Source of the DNA: Haliotis rubra
Lineage: Eukaryota
Reading direction: 5' to 3'
Assembly (NCBI RefSeq): GCF_003918875.1
Contig: NW_025767123.1
Location: 310,001 to 374,000, forward strand
DNA: 64,000 bases
The number at the start of each line of letters is the position of its first letter. Position 1 is the first letter of the stretch. A program made the position numbers and the translations under genes. The notes under the pieces are model-generated. The model did not search any database. It was not told where the DNA came from and saw only the letters and a program-made list of their open reading frames with translations. This document shows, piece after piece, positions 1 to 12,711 of this stretch.

Positions 1-732
1 CTTAAATTCAATTTTTCGAGTAAATATTCAAAACATATGTTAAATAACGCCGTGAATGGTGATTTTGTGTCACGGATGGCGAGATTTATGATTTAAGTTT
101 TCAGTAATTTTGCCTCCCTACAATGAGTTGATGACAACACAGAAGAGGGAATTTCACACAGATTTCAAAACTGAGAATGCATTATTTTACATTCGTGAAG
201 TATTTTGATATTTGCCTTTTTCGGCATCAAAGTAACAGTTTAAGGCGAGGGATACATACTTTACGATTTATGTAGAAAAGTAGCAAACTTAGAATAATAC
301 CGTAACATTCAGTGATGTTAAGATAGGTCTAGTGCATATAGGGTTTGGATTTTCATAAAGATGATTCTGTAAGAAAAACACTTGACTCAAGTTTACTGTT
401 GTACAGCATAGGTTAGACAGTACACAACGCATCGAGACACAAAAACACTTGCCTGTACCTCTGCCACGTCAAAATCAGTCTATTAAGGTCTAATGATGTC
501 ATTCGTTTATCTAATGGCACCAGTGACGTCATTTTGCAAGGGACATAAGCCGTGGTGTGTTAATTTGGGAAATAGATCTCTTGGTAAGTGTGCATATATG
601 ACTCGATATAACGCCAACTATTAATTTGTTGTGATATCTGTACTTCTTTAGCTATTAAACTATTAGATTGATACTTTGTATATGTAAAATACGTGCAAGA
701 CAATAAGACTTAATGTCGTGTAAACTTGACCT
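1..732 (-). mobile_element. Kolobok-like non-autonomous DNA transposon, one end (other end outside the window)
   Basis: Ends ...gtcgtgtaaacttgacct|TTAA (733-736). The reverse complement matches the terminus of the TTAA-flanked element at 42024-42900, and internal 487-565 is the reverse complement of ~42190-42275. Confidence 0.65.
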
Positions 733-863
733 TTAAATATACATCACAACAGCATTGTAATTTTAGATGAAACTCCAAACCAAATATACAGGTATATAAC
801 TAAATTTAGAACTCTTATTTATCATTTTAAAAAGTAACAGATTTCTTTTTATATTGCCCTTAG

Positions 864-1430
864 CTATTAACGTGGCTAACAGCCCGGAAACCCCGAGAGT
901 ATGACAGTTTCTCCTCATCTATGCCTTCTTAACCGACAAGACCAGGAACACCCCTTCGTTACAAACAGACAGTATTTGATCAGCCCCTCCGGCCACACTC
1001 AACCAAGATGTCTGCAAACTCCAACTGGCTTCAACAGTCTACTTTATGATTCGAAGTGACGACAATATTTGATGATTATCTCTTATCACCTCAACGTTGG
1101 ACCCAGTGCGAAATAGATTTAAATAGATATCTTCGTAAATGTCGGTATTCGATCATCTGAAAGGGCGCTAGAAATGGTTCATTTTCAGATGCCATTATCC
1201 ATTTAGATATCGATGGATTTTGGGGCTGCCTGTTCAGGTATTTGTGTGGAAATGGGACTTCGACGCCAACCTTTTCAATTTGGAAATATCTTCACTCCCA
1301 TGTGCAGAAATGTGTAGATTTGTATCAAGAATGACGCTATCATTCTTGGAGATATTCTTGGAAACATAAGATTAAGCCCTACACGAAACCCAATTCAACA
1401 ACGAACTGCAACTTGCAATTAGGCTATCCA
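864..1430 (+). pseudogene. Decayed exon, module A (CUB-like)
   Basis: Follows a pyrimidine tract plus AG (861-863). One near-open frame with stops reads NWLQQSTL*FEVTTIFDDY...FRYLCGNGTSTPTFSIW. Paralogs at 8276, ~12300, ~41700 and ~49100. Confidence 0.4.
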
Positions 1431-2304
1431 TACCACCCCAACCAATACACAAGGGGTTACAGACAGACAGACAGACATTGTATTCAGGAATAGGCCACTG
1501 GCCCAAAATACATTCGTAATTATGATAAGAAGTTACATGCGTTTTACATAAAAACATCAGAATCTCTTATTTTCTCAACATTATATAAAAATAGGCATAA
1601 ATTATTTATAACATTTATGTTTGTTGAAGTCATTATGTTTATAAAACTGTGTTGTGAAATAGGATGTTTCAAATATTTACCCAGAAATTCATTCCTTATA
1701 TCTAGGTAGGTTTTACAATAAAGTAAAACATGAATTTCATTTTCAATTAAATTAAGATTAATTTTGTAGCAAAAAGGACAGAATCTTGAATAGTAAGGGA
1801 CATTGTTATATCTACGGGTCTCAGAACTAAGTTTAAATTTACCGCATCTAAATTTTGTTAAACAATTTCTTAAATATGGGGCAATACCTAAACTGAGCTA
1901 AGTTTCAACATTCAGGAGGGACTTGAAAAACATACGAAACAGACTCAATGAAAAGTATACCGTTATTGGAGCTGGCTTTTGACTAGTATCTGCTTAATTT
2001 CAGTCTTTCAAATGACAATCTCAATCCACGCGACCTTTACAGTTTGTACTGGTATTGTCATATTCTCCTAGACTCACCTGACAATTATTATTCTTGTTTT
2101 AACAACACACGTATAACCACGGGATAATGTTCTATTGAAGGTATTTGACCCAAGAAGGCTTTCAGGAGATGGGATTAGATTGCCAATTAACGTTTGAATA
2201 CGCTATACACATAAAATGTAGATATTCCCATCTTGACGTCCGTAGTATTTCACACAACTCAGAAAAGACTAGCAACAGAATATTTTCATGATAACGCATG
2301 TCTA

Positions 2305-2525
2305 TTTGTTGGTTAACACACATCTCAGCAATATTCCTGCAACTGACAACGGCCTGTAAACAATTAAGTTTGGATCGGACAATCCAGTGATCAATGTACT
2401 GACAACGATCTGTGCCATCAGACAGCGATGATCAACCAGGTCACCCAGTTGGACACATGATCCATGAAGCCATCACTTACGACGAGGACATGTTGCGAGA
2501 GACCGACTCTAACTTGGAATCACCT
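2305..2525 (-). mobile_element. Old SINE family 2 copy (MetaSINE-like)
   Basis: Degenerate match to 12712-12935 (cagcaatattcc...gacaatccagtgatcaa...cttacgac). Confidence 0.65.
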
Positions 2526-2769
2526 TGAGTTAGTTCCCTACGTACATTTATTCCCGTAGACTTTCCCTACATTATTCAGTACAGGTTTTACCGGTTTAAT
2601 GAGATCCAAACTACTCTGAGATGTTTTTGTCCCGAAGACAAGTTTTCCAGTTTAACGAGGCCCGGACTAACAAGGTTATCATTCATCATAGTTTGACAAA
2701 CTCAACGTACGATGCTGTCCTGAAGCATACCACATGCCCATGTAATCAATATTAATTTTCTAATTTGTA

Positions 2770-3420
2770 TTTTATCGGTTACGTTGAAAACAATATCTGA
2801 CAAACTTCCGAGCATTTCGTGAACGTTCTCCAACTAAACTACATTTCCTGGAGACATTAATGAAGAAACAGACATGTTATGTTTCATACTAAATACTGTT
2901 TTACCCTATCCGAACTAGCTGACTCTTGCTTTTATTAACACATTAAGTCGGAAGTCATCGTGACATGACACGGAAGAAATTAAATAATATTATTACGAGA
3001 CTTCAATGATTATTCAAATGTAAAGTATGAAGACAAATGCCTTCCCTTCCGACATCTCAGAATCATATCTGGCTTTCTGTATACCTCGTAATGATTTACA
3101 AGCTTTTGATCGTAAATGTAAATGTTAGACGCTCGCAAAATATATTTTTTTCGCTTTCGTTTGAACTGATGGACAAGCTTCCAGTAATATAATCGCTGAT
3201 GTATGATACCGTGTTCAATTGAGTGAGAGCTTTACAGCACAAGTCAGATCTAACCAGGCGATTTATGACATTTACCAACACACATGCCCAAAACATGAGA
3301 TATATCTCGAATCAATGCCTCGTATTTCGCTGAAGTAGACACGCGGAAATCCCGATAAGGAGTGAAACACTTGTCGAGACATTACAATTTGTCGAAATTA
3401 GTGTAAAGGTTGAAGCGTCT
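2770..3420 (+). pseudogene. Decayed exon, module B (C-type lectin-like domain)
   Basis: Reads VKYEDKCLPF near 3020 and NTCRDITIC near 3366, with stops and frameshifts between. Paralogs at ~10150, ~13840, ~36180 and ~44070. Confidence 0.5.
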
Positions 3421-3518
3421 GACCTATGCCATAGTGGTAAGGTTTAGGCGTAGAAACAGCTGTCTGGTGTGATTATTGTCCATGTTGTCAGATCGAGTCC
3501 GAGTATTAATTCCCAGAC

Positions 3519-3630
3519 CCCGTGCTCATGCTGTTGATCACTGGATTGTCTGGTTCAGACTCGATTATTTACAGACCGCCGCGATACAGCTGGAATATTG
3601 CTGAGTGAGGCTTTAAACACCAAACCAACC
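3519..3630 (+). mobile_element. 5'-truncated SINE family 2 copy
   Basis: 3' half of family 2 with (AACC)n tail; TSD aattcccagac (3508-3518) / aattccctgac (3631-3641). Confidence 0.8.
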
Positions 3631-3708
3631 AATTCCCTGACACTATCAATATTGTTTCTCTATGTCAAGTTTGAAACGAGCAACAGCATAATGTTGTGGG
3701 ACAGCACC

Positions 3709-3883
3709 GGGGCAGTAGGGTGACCTAGTGGTTAAAGTGTTCGCTCGACACGCCGAAGACCCGGGGACAATTCCCCACATGGGTACGACGTGTAAAGCCC
3801 ATTTCGTGTGTCGCCCGCCATGATATTTCTGGAATATTGCTAAAAGTTGCGTAAAACTAAATTCAGTCAGGCACTCACTCACT
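3709..3883 (+). mobile_element. tRNA-derived SINE family 1
   Basis: Head with A-box ctagtggttaaag, body cccacatgggtac, (CACT)n tail; matches 28215-28379. Confidence 0.85.
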
Positions 3884-4080
3884 GACTTTAACATCTGGTG
3901 TCATCGATGATTTTCAGTGGCCCTTTTTATTTCCCCTGTTCATGTTTTTTGTCAGCTACACCAATGTCATACGTTTTCATGTTTTCATACATAAGAGCTT
4001 CAGTAGAGGTGACGATATGGTATACCAGTACTTATGGCTTACGTAACAAGTGCGTCAGCTTGACAGTAAGGTACGGCTCT

Positions 4081-4214
4081 NNNNNNNNNNNNNNNNNNNN
4101 NNNNNNNNNNNNNNNNNNNNNNNNNNNNNNNNNNNNNNNNNNNNNNNNNNNNNNNNNNNNNNNNNNNNNNNNNNNNNNNNNNNNNNNNNNNNNNNNNNNN
4201 NNNNNNNNNNNNNN
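4081..4214. other. Assembly gap (134 N)
   Basis: Run of N. Confidence 1.
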
Positions 4215-4284
4215 AGAACCATGGTCGTCCTTACGGGTGTCAACAAGTTCGTCGATGACTTCACACACACACACACACAGACAG

Positions 4285-4319
<35 letters not shown>

Positions 4320-4362
4320 CACACACACGTACACACACGTGCATTTGTGAGATATATATCGG

Positions 4363-4447
<85 letters not shown>

Positions 4448-4521
4448 CGATATACATCTCATAGATGCACGTGTGAAGTCATCGACGAAATTGTTGACAC
4501 CCGTAAGGACGACCATGGTTC
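4215..4521. repeat. Fold-back palindrome centred on (CA)n(TA)n(TG)n microsatellite
   Basis: 4215-4266 is the near-perfect reverse complement of ~4470-4521; inner arms cacgtgcatttgtgagatatatatcggcacac / gtgtgccgatatacatctcatagatgcacgtg. Confidence 0.9.
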
Positions 4522-4950
4522 TAACATGAAATGTGGAATCATCTGTCCGAAGTAAGGATTTACTTCACAATACTGTGTAGGATGTAACTACTAATGTCTG
4601 ATTGCGGTGCCTTTAAAAACTACCTCACATGTGCCCCAGTCACGAAAGACAACGATATTGATCCTATTTGGCACATATACATGACTATATATCTTACACT
4701 CTAGACAGCCAAAGGTCTGAAGTAGGTTATCTAAAGGCGCTTTGCACAAATTAAATACTGAGGTGGCTAGAATAGCAAACGAAACAAGATTTGGTCAACA
4801 AATCAAATTTGCATGTGTCTGTGTACATTGGGATATATATAGATAATAAGTAATAATACATTATTCGTTGTGAGTTTATGTGTTATATCACCATAAAATG
4901 TCAATATACATTCACAAAAACATCCATTATCATCCAACACAAAATGCACT
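4522..4950 (+). pseudogene. Decayed exon, module C (CUB-like)
   Basis: Homologous to 14500-14925, 25280-25716 and 37300-37713. Confidence 0.4.
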
Positions 4951-5120
4951 ATTTTTGCTAGGTATTAAAGTGGCAACTTTTGAAATTTGTGTGATTTTCT
5001 GGTAATGGAAATACAATTTGTCTACACGATGTTTCTCTACTTAATATCACCGCTTCTTTGGTGAAGTGGGTGGAGAGTCTGCCCGCAGAGCAGAAGAAGG
5101 GTGTTTATACTCCCGCATCA

Positions 5121-5720
5121 TGTTTGTTGGTTGTTTAAAGCGGCACTCAGCAGAATTCCAGCTTTATTGGACCGCCTCCGTGGTGTAGTGGTTAGAGCGT
5201 CCTCCCGGAGAGCGGAAGGTCGCGGGTTCGATCCCCGACCGCGTCATACCAAAAGACGTTAAAATATGGTACTTGTTGGACCCTGCATGGCGCTCGGCTT
5301 TAATGGGTACAACAAGGACTGGTGGGCTCGGAGTCAGTATAATGTGTCTGAGTGGGGTTTTCATGCTTCACTGCGGCATGGTATCTCAGTGGGCTAGCAC
5401 TATAAAACCAGCTTAAGTCTGGGCTAGTACAAGCAGCCGCACATACACATACACACGCATGCACGTCGTCATATGAGCGAAATATTCTCAAGCACGACGT
5501 AAAACCCAATTTCAACTCAACAACTCAACTCCAGCTTTATGGCGGCGGTCGGTAAATAATCGAGTCTGGACCAGATAATCTAGAGATCAACAGAACAAGC
5601 ATCGATCTACGCAACTGGGATACGAGGACATGACTGTGCCTGATCGCCCGATCCTGTTAATCTCCTCTCATGACATGCATGGGTTGCTGAAGACCAATTC
5701 TACCCCGGATCTTCACTGGT
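5121..5720 (-). mobile_element. SINE family 2 copy interrupted by a nested SINE
   Basis: Tail part at 5121-5167 and body at 5541-5720 match 12712-12935. Confidence 0.8.
5168..5529 (+). mobile_element. tRNA-derived SINE family 3 (V-SINE-like)
   Basis: A-box tggtgtagtgg, B-box gggttcgatcc, body gtcataccaaaagacgttaaaa, (CAACT)n tail; 11-bp TSD tccagctttat (5157-5167 / 5530-5540). Confidence 0.85.
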
Positions 5721-8275
5721 TTCGCCGTAAGGTAAGAAAATAAAGATGGATATATAGAGCATCAATGTACGCCACTGGGATTCCATCGTTGATCTCTGTA
5801 GGGCCAAAACACATGGACAGTCAGAAAAATAGACGGCAACTGTGTACAAATACGCCGGCAACAATTATTCACTCAACCACAGATGACTGTTGGTTCTTTA
5901 CATTTCCGCAACACGATCAATGTACCACACAGCAGGATGTGTACATGCGGGAGTGGGAAGTGTTGGAGCATAGTAAATGTCTAATCAGTCATCATTATAT
6001 CACAGGTTTACATGCTTCAGACACATTTGCTGGTTGTAAGTCGATTATAGCCACCAGGTATAAGTTTCGACAAGTTCCAATCTTGTTTCTTATCACAGAA
6101 AGTGTTTGAGACTGAATTGAATGTTTTCAATCTAAACCAAGAGGTAGGCATGATCGCCGACGTATGTATTGGATGTTTTGCTCGAATTGGCAAAATCAGA
6201 AGCCTGCAATGTGCAAGTCATTTGATTTAAGCTTCCGAGTTTAAAGATTCAGAGTATACGACAAAATGTCAGGGAAAACTGTATAACTGGCGGGATCCGA
6301 AGTTGCCCATTGTCCACCTTTTCTTTTTGTTGAACTATATTACACGTAAGAAAATGCTCAAAGGGTGTTTGGTTGGGTTTACAGCTTTCAATGTTTCCGG
6401 TTTACCAAACTTTTTATTATAGACATGTGGAAAGATTTTCAAAATTTGAAGTATGAGTGTCAAAAATGAAGTCCTATGCAATGCCATATATTGCCAAATT
6501 TTATTGACTTGCCTTTGTATGTGTTTAGGATCATTGTCATTAGGGCATAATGCATTCACTTTTGATTTATAAACAGTAATCATCTCGTCAGAAGCGTAAA
6601 ATCGACTTTGCTTTTAGAACAAATATGTTTTATTTATCGAATTTTCTTTGTCGCTGTAATTTACTGGAATCCCGGGCCCTGCGGATCATGTTTCAGAGCA
6701 CAATTCTAATGCTCGTATGTGCCATCATCAAGTTGACACAGTTGACAAACAATCGCAAAATATTGTTGACATGTTATAGTCAAACTGCAACAGCGGGCCA
6801 AAGAATGGCATCCATTCTCTGTCCAATGAAGCTCACTTCATAGCATCAGTAGTATCTGACAATGGTTGCTGTATATAATGGTGAGTTGGTGCACTACCGA
6901 CAACTTCCCACGCGATTTCGCCGAATTTAATGTGACAGATACTGAAAGAAAAGTTTTAATAATAATAATAAAAACAACAACAGCGATACAAATGAAATGT
7001 CCAGATATGCAATGAACTCTTTTTATAACCAGACATTGAAACTGCATGCTAAATTAATGGATTTGTTCGCATCGTATTTCCGGTGTTCCGTGCAAGCAGT
7101 AATGACTGAGCATCGATAACAAAATATCAGAATTCATTATTGCGTGTATAATGTGCACCCGTCTCCACAGGAAGAAAATGCGCACACAGGAAAACACAGT
7201 CAGTATAGGTCACTGAGGAGAGCATGAACCCGGAAGTACGTCGTTCTTTGCGACACCTTTTGAATGACTTTTTGTGTAATTTTAAACCTGTTCCTAATTA
7301 GCTCAACCCTTTTTCTGGGGTATCCTAATGATTCGCATGACAGACTCTGGTTTTAGTAAACATTTCTTTTTGTTATGGAAATGCAATCTGTCGCTTTCAT
7401 TTTAACAAACAAATTGACATGGAGTTATCCATGTGCATAATTTTATGTATATTATTTGAAATAATTGACTAATGTTTCCCTGTCATGAATGCTGTCTAGA
7501 AATTGTTTAAACATTTTACATACAGTCAACATACAGTCTGTCTGTAAGTAGAATGGTACAAGCAATATTTATTCGAAATATTCAAATATATGATCAATAA
7601 TGTATAAGCAACCATTTTCATGATATGTCGGCTTCGCAGCGTTTTTGTCAATATTTCAAATATAATTGGTCTGCGTCTTTTATGACGGTTATTTCGGGCG
7701 ATTGTAAAACAAGTTAGGATAATAAAAGACAAGACATTCATAAAGGCGTTTTCACTGTCTTATTGGTATTGATCTCGAGAGATGTAAGCAAGAACATGTC
7801 GCCTATTTCGGTTAAATATACCAAGGACTGTACTCATACTGTGCTCTGGCTTCTGATATTCAACTCTTCAAGTAATTTGACTTGAAGACCATTCGGAATT
7901 TATGGCTAAACGTATTAAGACACTGGTACACACATAACGTTTATTTTTTTATTTGTGGAGCAAGTAGATGGAACATTACCACTGTGACATTCCTCAGTTC
8001 AAATTGGCAGTTTCAATAACCCCTGGTACTGTAAACTAGTGCATTTACTGAAATCTGTACACCTATCTTTTCTCCAACCTCATGTTCAATATGCAGTATT
8101 CCAATGTTAAATGATGATGGCAATGTTAAAGGTAATATTTAAAATCACTCACAAGTGAATAACATTTTACCATAAAGGCAAGACCAAACTAAAAGGTGGA
8201 ATTTTCTAGCGAACTCCTCTATACTTGTCAAAGACATATCAGACCTTATGCCGCATTTTAATATTTTTGTTTCAG

Positions 8276-8760
8276 GTATTACTTGTACACACTGACACCG
8301 CTAACAGACACCGAGCGAGAGTGTAGCTTCTTAGCCAACAAGACCAAAATGTAGTTACATGCACACGTTATAGACAGACAATTTCTGGTCAACCCCTCCG
8401 GCCATGCATAACCTGGGTGTCCGCAAAATCCAACTGGCTTCAACACGCTATTTTGGCGTTCGAAGTGACGACAATATTTGCTGATTATTTCTTTGTCACC
8501 TCAATATCAGACACAGTGCGAAGTGGACTTGAATATATAACTTTGAAGGTGTCAGTATTCGATCATTTAAAAGGGCGCGAGAAAGTGTCTCATTTCCAGA
8601 TGACATTATCCATTTAGACATTGATGTATTTTGGGGCTGCCTCTTCAGGTATTGCAAATTGGTTTGGGATGCAAACCTTTTAGTATGGAAATATACTGAC
8701 GTCCATTTTCACATATGTGTTTGCCATTCCCTTAGGGTATTCCTCGAAACAAGAATAAAG
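8276..8760 (+). pseudogene. Decayed exon, module A (CUB-like)
   Basis: Acceptor ttttgtttcag at 8265-8275; homologous to 864-1430; contains ORF 8417-8617. Confidence 0.4.
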
Positions 8761-8829
8761 CCTTGAGCAAAAAGCAAATAGCGGTATCCAGCTTTCTGTA
8801 CGACTGGACCACCTGTACCCATGCAATGG

Positions 8830-8874
8830 TAACCCTATCGCCAACCCCAACCCCAACCCCAACCCTAACCCCAA
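8830..8874. repeat. Short telomere-like (AACCCC/AACCCT)n tract
   Basis: taaccctatcgccaaccccaaccccaaccccaaccctaacccc. Confidence 0.7.
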
Positions 8875-9171
8875 CGGTAGACAGTGACACACATCGGGTT
8901 TTGTGGTAATCACTCTATATGAACACAAACGACAGTCAGAAGAACGAAGCTCTGAAGGCACTGGACATGCCGTTACGTTCCAACATATACCTATTCTATA
9001 ACTGACTTTGTCAAAGTTCCTGACAACTGATAATAGACTCTAGCAACCTAGCAACCAGATATTTTCATGATAAGGAATTATTTGTTAACAATGTAGCAAT
9101 AATCCTTAATAAATATAATCTTGGCTACATAATCCAGTGATAGATACGATGAGACGGCATCTACCAAGTCT

Positions 9172-9393
9172 TGTTGTTTTGTTTTTTTAACACCGCGCAC
9201 AGCAATTTCCTAGTTTATGACGGCGGCCTGTACAGTGAATCCACTGACTGACCTCATGAGTATCGATCGATACGCAGGGTCTAGTATCAACCAAGTCAGC
9301 AAACCTGACGACCGTATCCTATTAGTCCCCCACCCCCATCCCTTTACAAGCATGGGTCGCCGAAGACCAATTCAAACCTAGACTTCACAGGTC
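9172..9393 (-). mobile_element. SINE family 2 copy, nested in an older copy
   Basis: Matches 12712-12935 and ends ...cttcacaggtc. Confidence 0.7.
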
Positions 9394-9617
9394 ATCAACC
9401 ACGCCACCGAGCATAACCACCTCTTACGACCACACTCCCTACTACTCTGGAATCTCCATGGGGTAATTTCCCTGATTTGTACTTGTATGGTTATATGACA
9501 TTTATTTGTCCCTAGGACAGGTTTTCCGGTTTACTAAGGTCTGAACTGACGAAGTTTTATGGTAAATATTGTACACTCTGAACAATCTCTACACTACAAT
9601 ACCTAATGGATGATTAC

Positions 9618-9968
9618 TAGGGTGGGTATTGCAGAGAACTTTCATATTGCGATATACTGCAGTGCAAAAGCATATATTGCGATATGTATTGCAATATATT
9701 GCAAGAATGTATTTTTTAACTAAAAAAACTACTTATCGTCGAGTTAATGCTTGAGTTAGAAAGCAAAAACACAACAAATTCACTATGCTTGATTAAGCTT
9801 TAATGAAAATCTTGTAATCATGACAAAATAAAAATGCAAATAATATTTGGCACAAATGAAACGGTAAGTTTTCCGAATGCATGTTTTTTTGATCAGCGTA
9901 TCGCAATGCGTATCGTTTTCATGTCTGAACCGGTAAGTAACGGTAAACCGTTATATTCCACAGCCCTA
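9618..9968. mobile_element. hAT-like MITE
   Basis: Termini TAGGG...CCCTA, perfect 8-bp TSD ATGATTAC (9610-9617 / 9969-9976), subterminal tattgcga/tcgcaat repeats. Confidence 0.85.
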
Positions 9969-10149
9969 ATGATTACCCTGATATATACTTGTATTTATAT
10001 TTACATGTACATTCCTATGTTTATGCGTCTCCAGGACAGGGTTACCGAACAAACTGTAATTATTTGCATACTATTTTGACGATCTCAACGTATGATGCTG
10101 TTGTGAGGTATACCATAATCCAATATAATTCATATTAATTTTCCCTATA

Positions 10150-10770
10150 GCATTTTATTATTCCGGATTTTGGATTGTTTCGTGAGCATTCTGACTCAAA
10201 CAACATTTCCGAGAGACATCAATGAAGAGACAGACATGTTATGTGTTATACTCTGAATACTGATTTTCCCTCATCCAAACTAGCTGACGCTTGCTTGTAT
10301 TAAGAAATTAAGTAGAAAGTCAACCTGACATAACTCGAGCCCCGATTGAATAAATACTATACGAGACTTCAATGCTTATTCAGATGTAAAGTATGAAGAC
10401 AAATGTCTTCTCTTCCGACATCACAAAATCATATCTGGCTTTCTGTATACCTCGTATTGATTTACAAGCTTTTGATCGGGATTGTAAATGAAACATGGTC
10501 GCAAAACACATTTTGTTTCACTTTCGTCTGAATTGATGGACAAACACTGAGTATTATAATCGCTGATGTACGATGTTGTGTTGAAGGGAGTAAGAACTTT
10601 ACGGATCAAGTAAGCTTTAATCAGGCGATTTATGACGTTTACAAACACATACATGTTGAAAACATGAAATATATTACAAATCAATGCCTCGCGTTTCACT
10701 GAATTAGGCAAAAGGAAAAATTCCGATAATGGGTGAAACCCTTGACGGGACATCGCAGTTTGCGAAAGTT
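10150..10770 (+). pseudogene. Decayed exon, module B (C-type lectin-like domain)
   Basis: Reads VKYEDKCLLFR, HFVSLSSE, NQCLAF and DIAVCE across stops and frameshifts. Confidence 0.5.
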
Positions 10771-11363
10771 ACTAGTATCTTATCCTTGCAACGGTAAGTC
10801 GTGCTTTGACGTGCAAACTGCTGTCTTTATCTCTATCAGTTCCCTGATACTGTCAGTATGGTTTGTCTGAACCGGGTTTGAACCAGGCAACGATATGTTG
10901 TACCACGTAGTGACATAAATGCTCAGTCTCACTTAGAATCAGGGATCATTCAACATAACACGTAATGTTTGTTTGATGTCTAACGCCGCAATCAGCAACA
11001 TTCCCGCTATGTCTAACCAGTCGAGTCAAGACCAGACATTCAGTGACTGACATAGTGAGCGACAATCTACGAAACTGGGATGCAATGGCATGCTAAGTAA
11101 CTAAGTAAGTGGACCCAGTAGTCATCTCCCAAGACCAGCATGGATTCTGCAAACACATCAAAACCTTCTTGAATGCATAGCGTGAGTATTTAATTCAAAG
11201 CAGCCCCAAACCCATGTATAGCGATTCCATGACCACCAGAGGATGACAGTAGTTGTGATGGTCAGAAAAAGGTGCACCAAAAAGAGAATATTTGTTTCTT
11301 TGTTTATAATTTCATGGGTAGACAATAGCATAATTGAAAATATACTTCGAAAAGGATTAATGG

Positions 11364-11727
11364 CGGCGTGTGGTCCTGTGCATAGCGCTCAGGTCACGAA
11401 TCAGTTGAAGTAAAGCAACGTTGGGCGCCGAGAGTACTTGGATGGATGACCGTGTTTGGCAGCTTGACTCCTGAGAGTTTCTAGGACTTCAGTCCTGCCC
11501 CACAACGAAGCACATGTGATACATGTGGTCTCACCTTAGGCAAGTGAATTTGTTCAAACATGCCTCTGTTCACCCAGCAGAAAATACCGGTACCGGTACC
11601 CGGTGAAATGAGTCGTGAGACTATTAACTTTCTAGCGCCAGTTATCGGGGGTAACAATGATCAGATTGTGCGCTTTGAGCAGGATATCTAGCCTGGAAAA
11701 CGCGCGTTATAAATATTTATTATTATT
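11364..11727 (+). mobile_element. Composite SINE family 4: 5S rRNA-like segment, CORE-like domain, L2/CR1-type tail
   Basis: gaagtaaagcaacgttgggcgccgagagtacttggatggatgaccg resembles the 5S internal control region; ccttaggcaagtg...tgcctctgttcacccagcag is CORE-like; tail gcgctttgag...ttataaat(ATT)n; TSD attaatgg. Confidence 0.7.
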
Positions 11728-12040
11728 ATTAATGGGGATAAAGAATATTCTGATTGATAAATACATAATTAAAGATGTTGAATATGTCTTAAATTTCGAA
11801 GCTAAATTGAATAGGTAAAAATACAATTAATGCTAAGTCAGTAGAATAATCAAGAGGGTCTTTTGCAACCACAAATCCCATCCATCCTCATCAAATGTTT
11901 ACAATAAGATTATTGTGGACAGTATTTCAGCTAATTCCACTGTTAAGTGAGTCCTTGTTAAGACGGTTATAAATATCCATTACGGATATGTTAGCCTGGG
12001 TGTCGTTGTACAAGACGACCGTAGCGCTGTGGTGGTTGTA

Positions 12041-12186
12041 ATGAATGAGTATGGTTTTACGCCGCTTTTAGCAACATTCAAACAATATCACGGCCGGGAA
12101 ACACCAGAAATTGTACCCATGTGGAGAATCCAATCCGGGCCTTCAGCATCACGAACGATAAACACTAGACTAGCCCAACGCCCCCG
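12041..12186 (-). mobile_element. Degenerate SINE family 1
   Basis: tatggttttacgccgcttttagc...tgtacccatgtgg matches family 1. Confidence 0.8.
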
Positions 12187-12711
12187 AAGTGATTTTAACT
12201 CCAATAACATAACATAACATAGACTGAGGAGTCTTAGCACTTGAGTTGTTATCGAAAACGGCTTACTGGCCTCGATTTGAATGTTTTCGGAAAGTGTTTG
12301 AAATCTGATTGAAACCGGGCAAGCATCACCATGGGCACCAAAGGTGCATGGTTCCTTCCTGATTAACGCAAAGTCCCATACTCTGCGAAATGGATTTAAA
12401 TTATGTCAATACTTAACTTCGTAAGTGTCGAGATTCAGTCATTTGAATGGGCTCTAAATGTGGCGTGATTTTTAATACCGATTGCGATGTATTTGGGGGA
12501 CTGCGACTTCAGGTATTCTGTGGTAAATGGACTTGGATGCCAACATTCATGATCAATTTGGACATATATTGACGTGTTTCTACACACGTGTAGAGACCTA
12601 TCAAGATTGATGCTATATCTGGGTATTATGGGGACAAGATTAAAGAGCCACTACACAAAGCCCTACGCACCAACAGGCTACATGTTATTTTGCGACTGGA
12701 CCACCGTTGTT

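Noticed and set aside
3898-4529. ORFs of 141-159 aa around the first gap (and similar ones at 57 kb)
   Set aside because: They are open only because of N runs and dinucleotide microsatellites.
10421-10753. Minus-strand ORF with an LDLa-like SDE..C motif
   Set aside because: The motif is not kept in paralogs, and the plus strand gives a more complete, ordered CTLD pattern.
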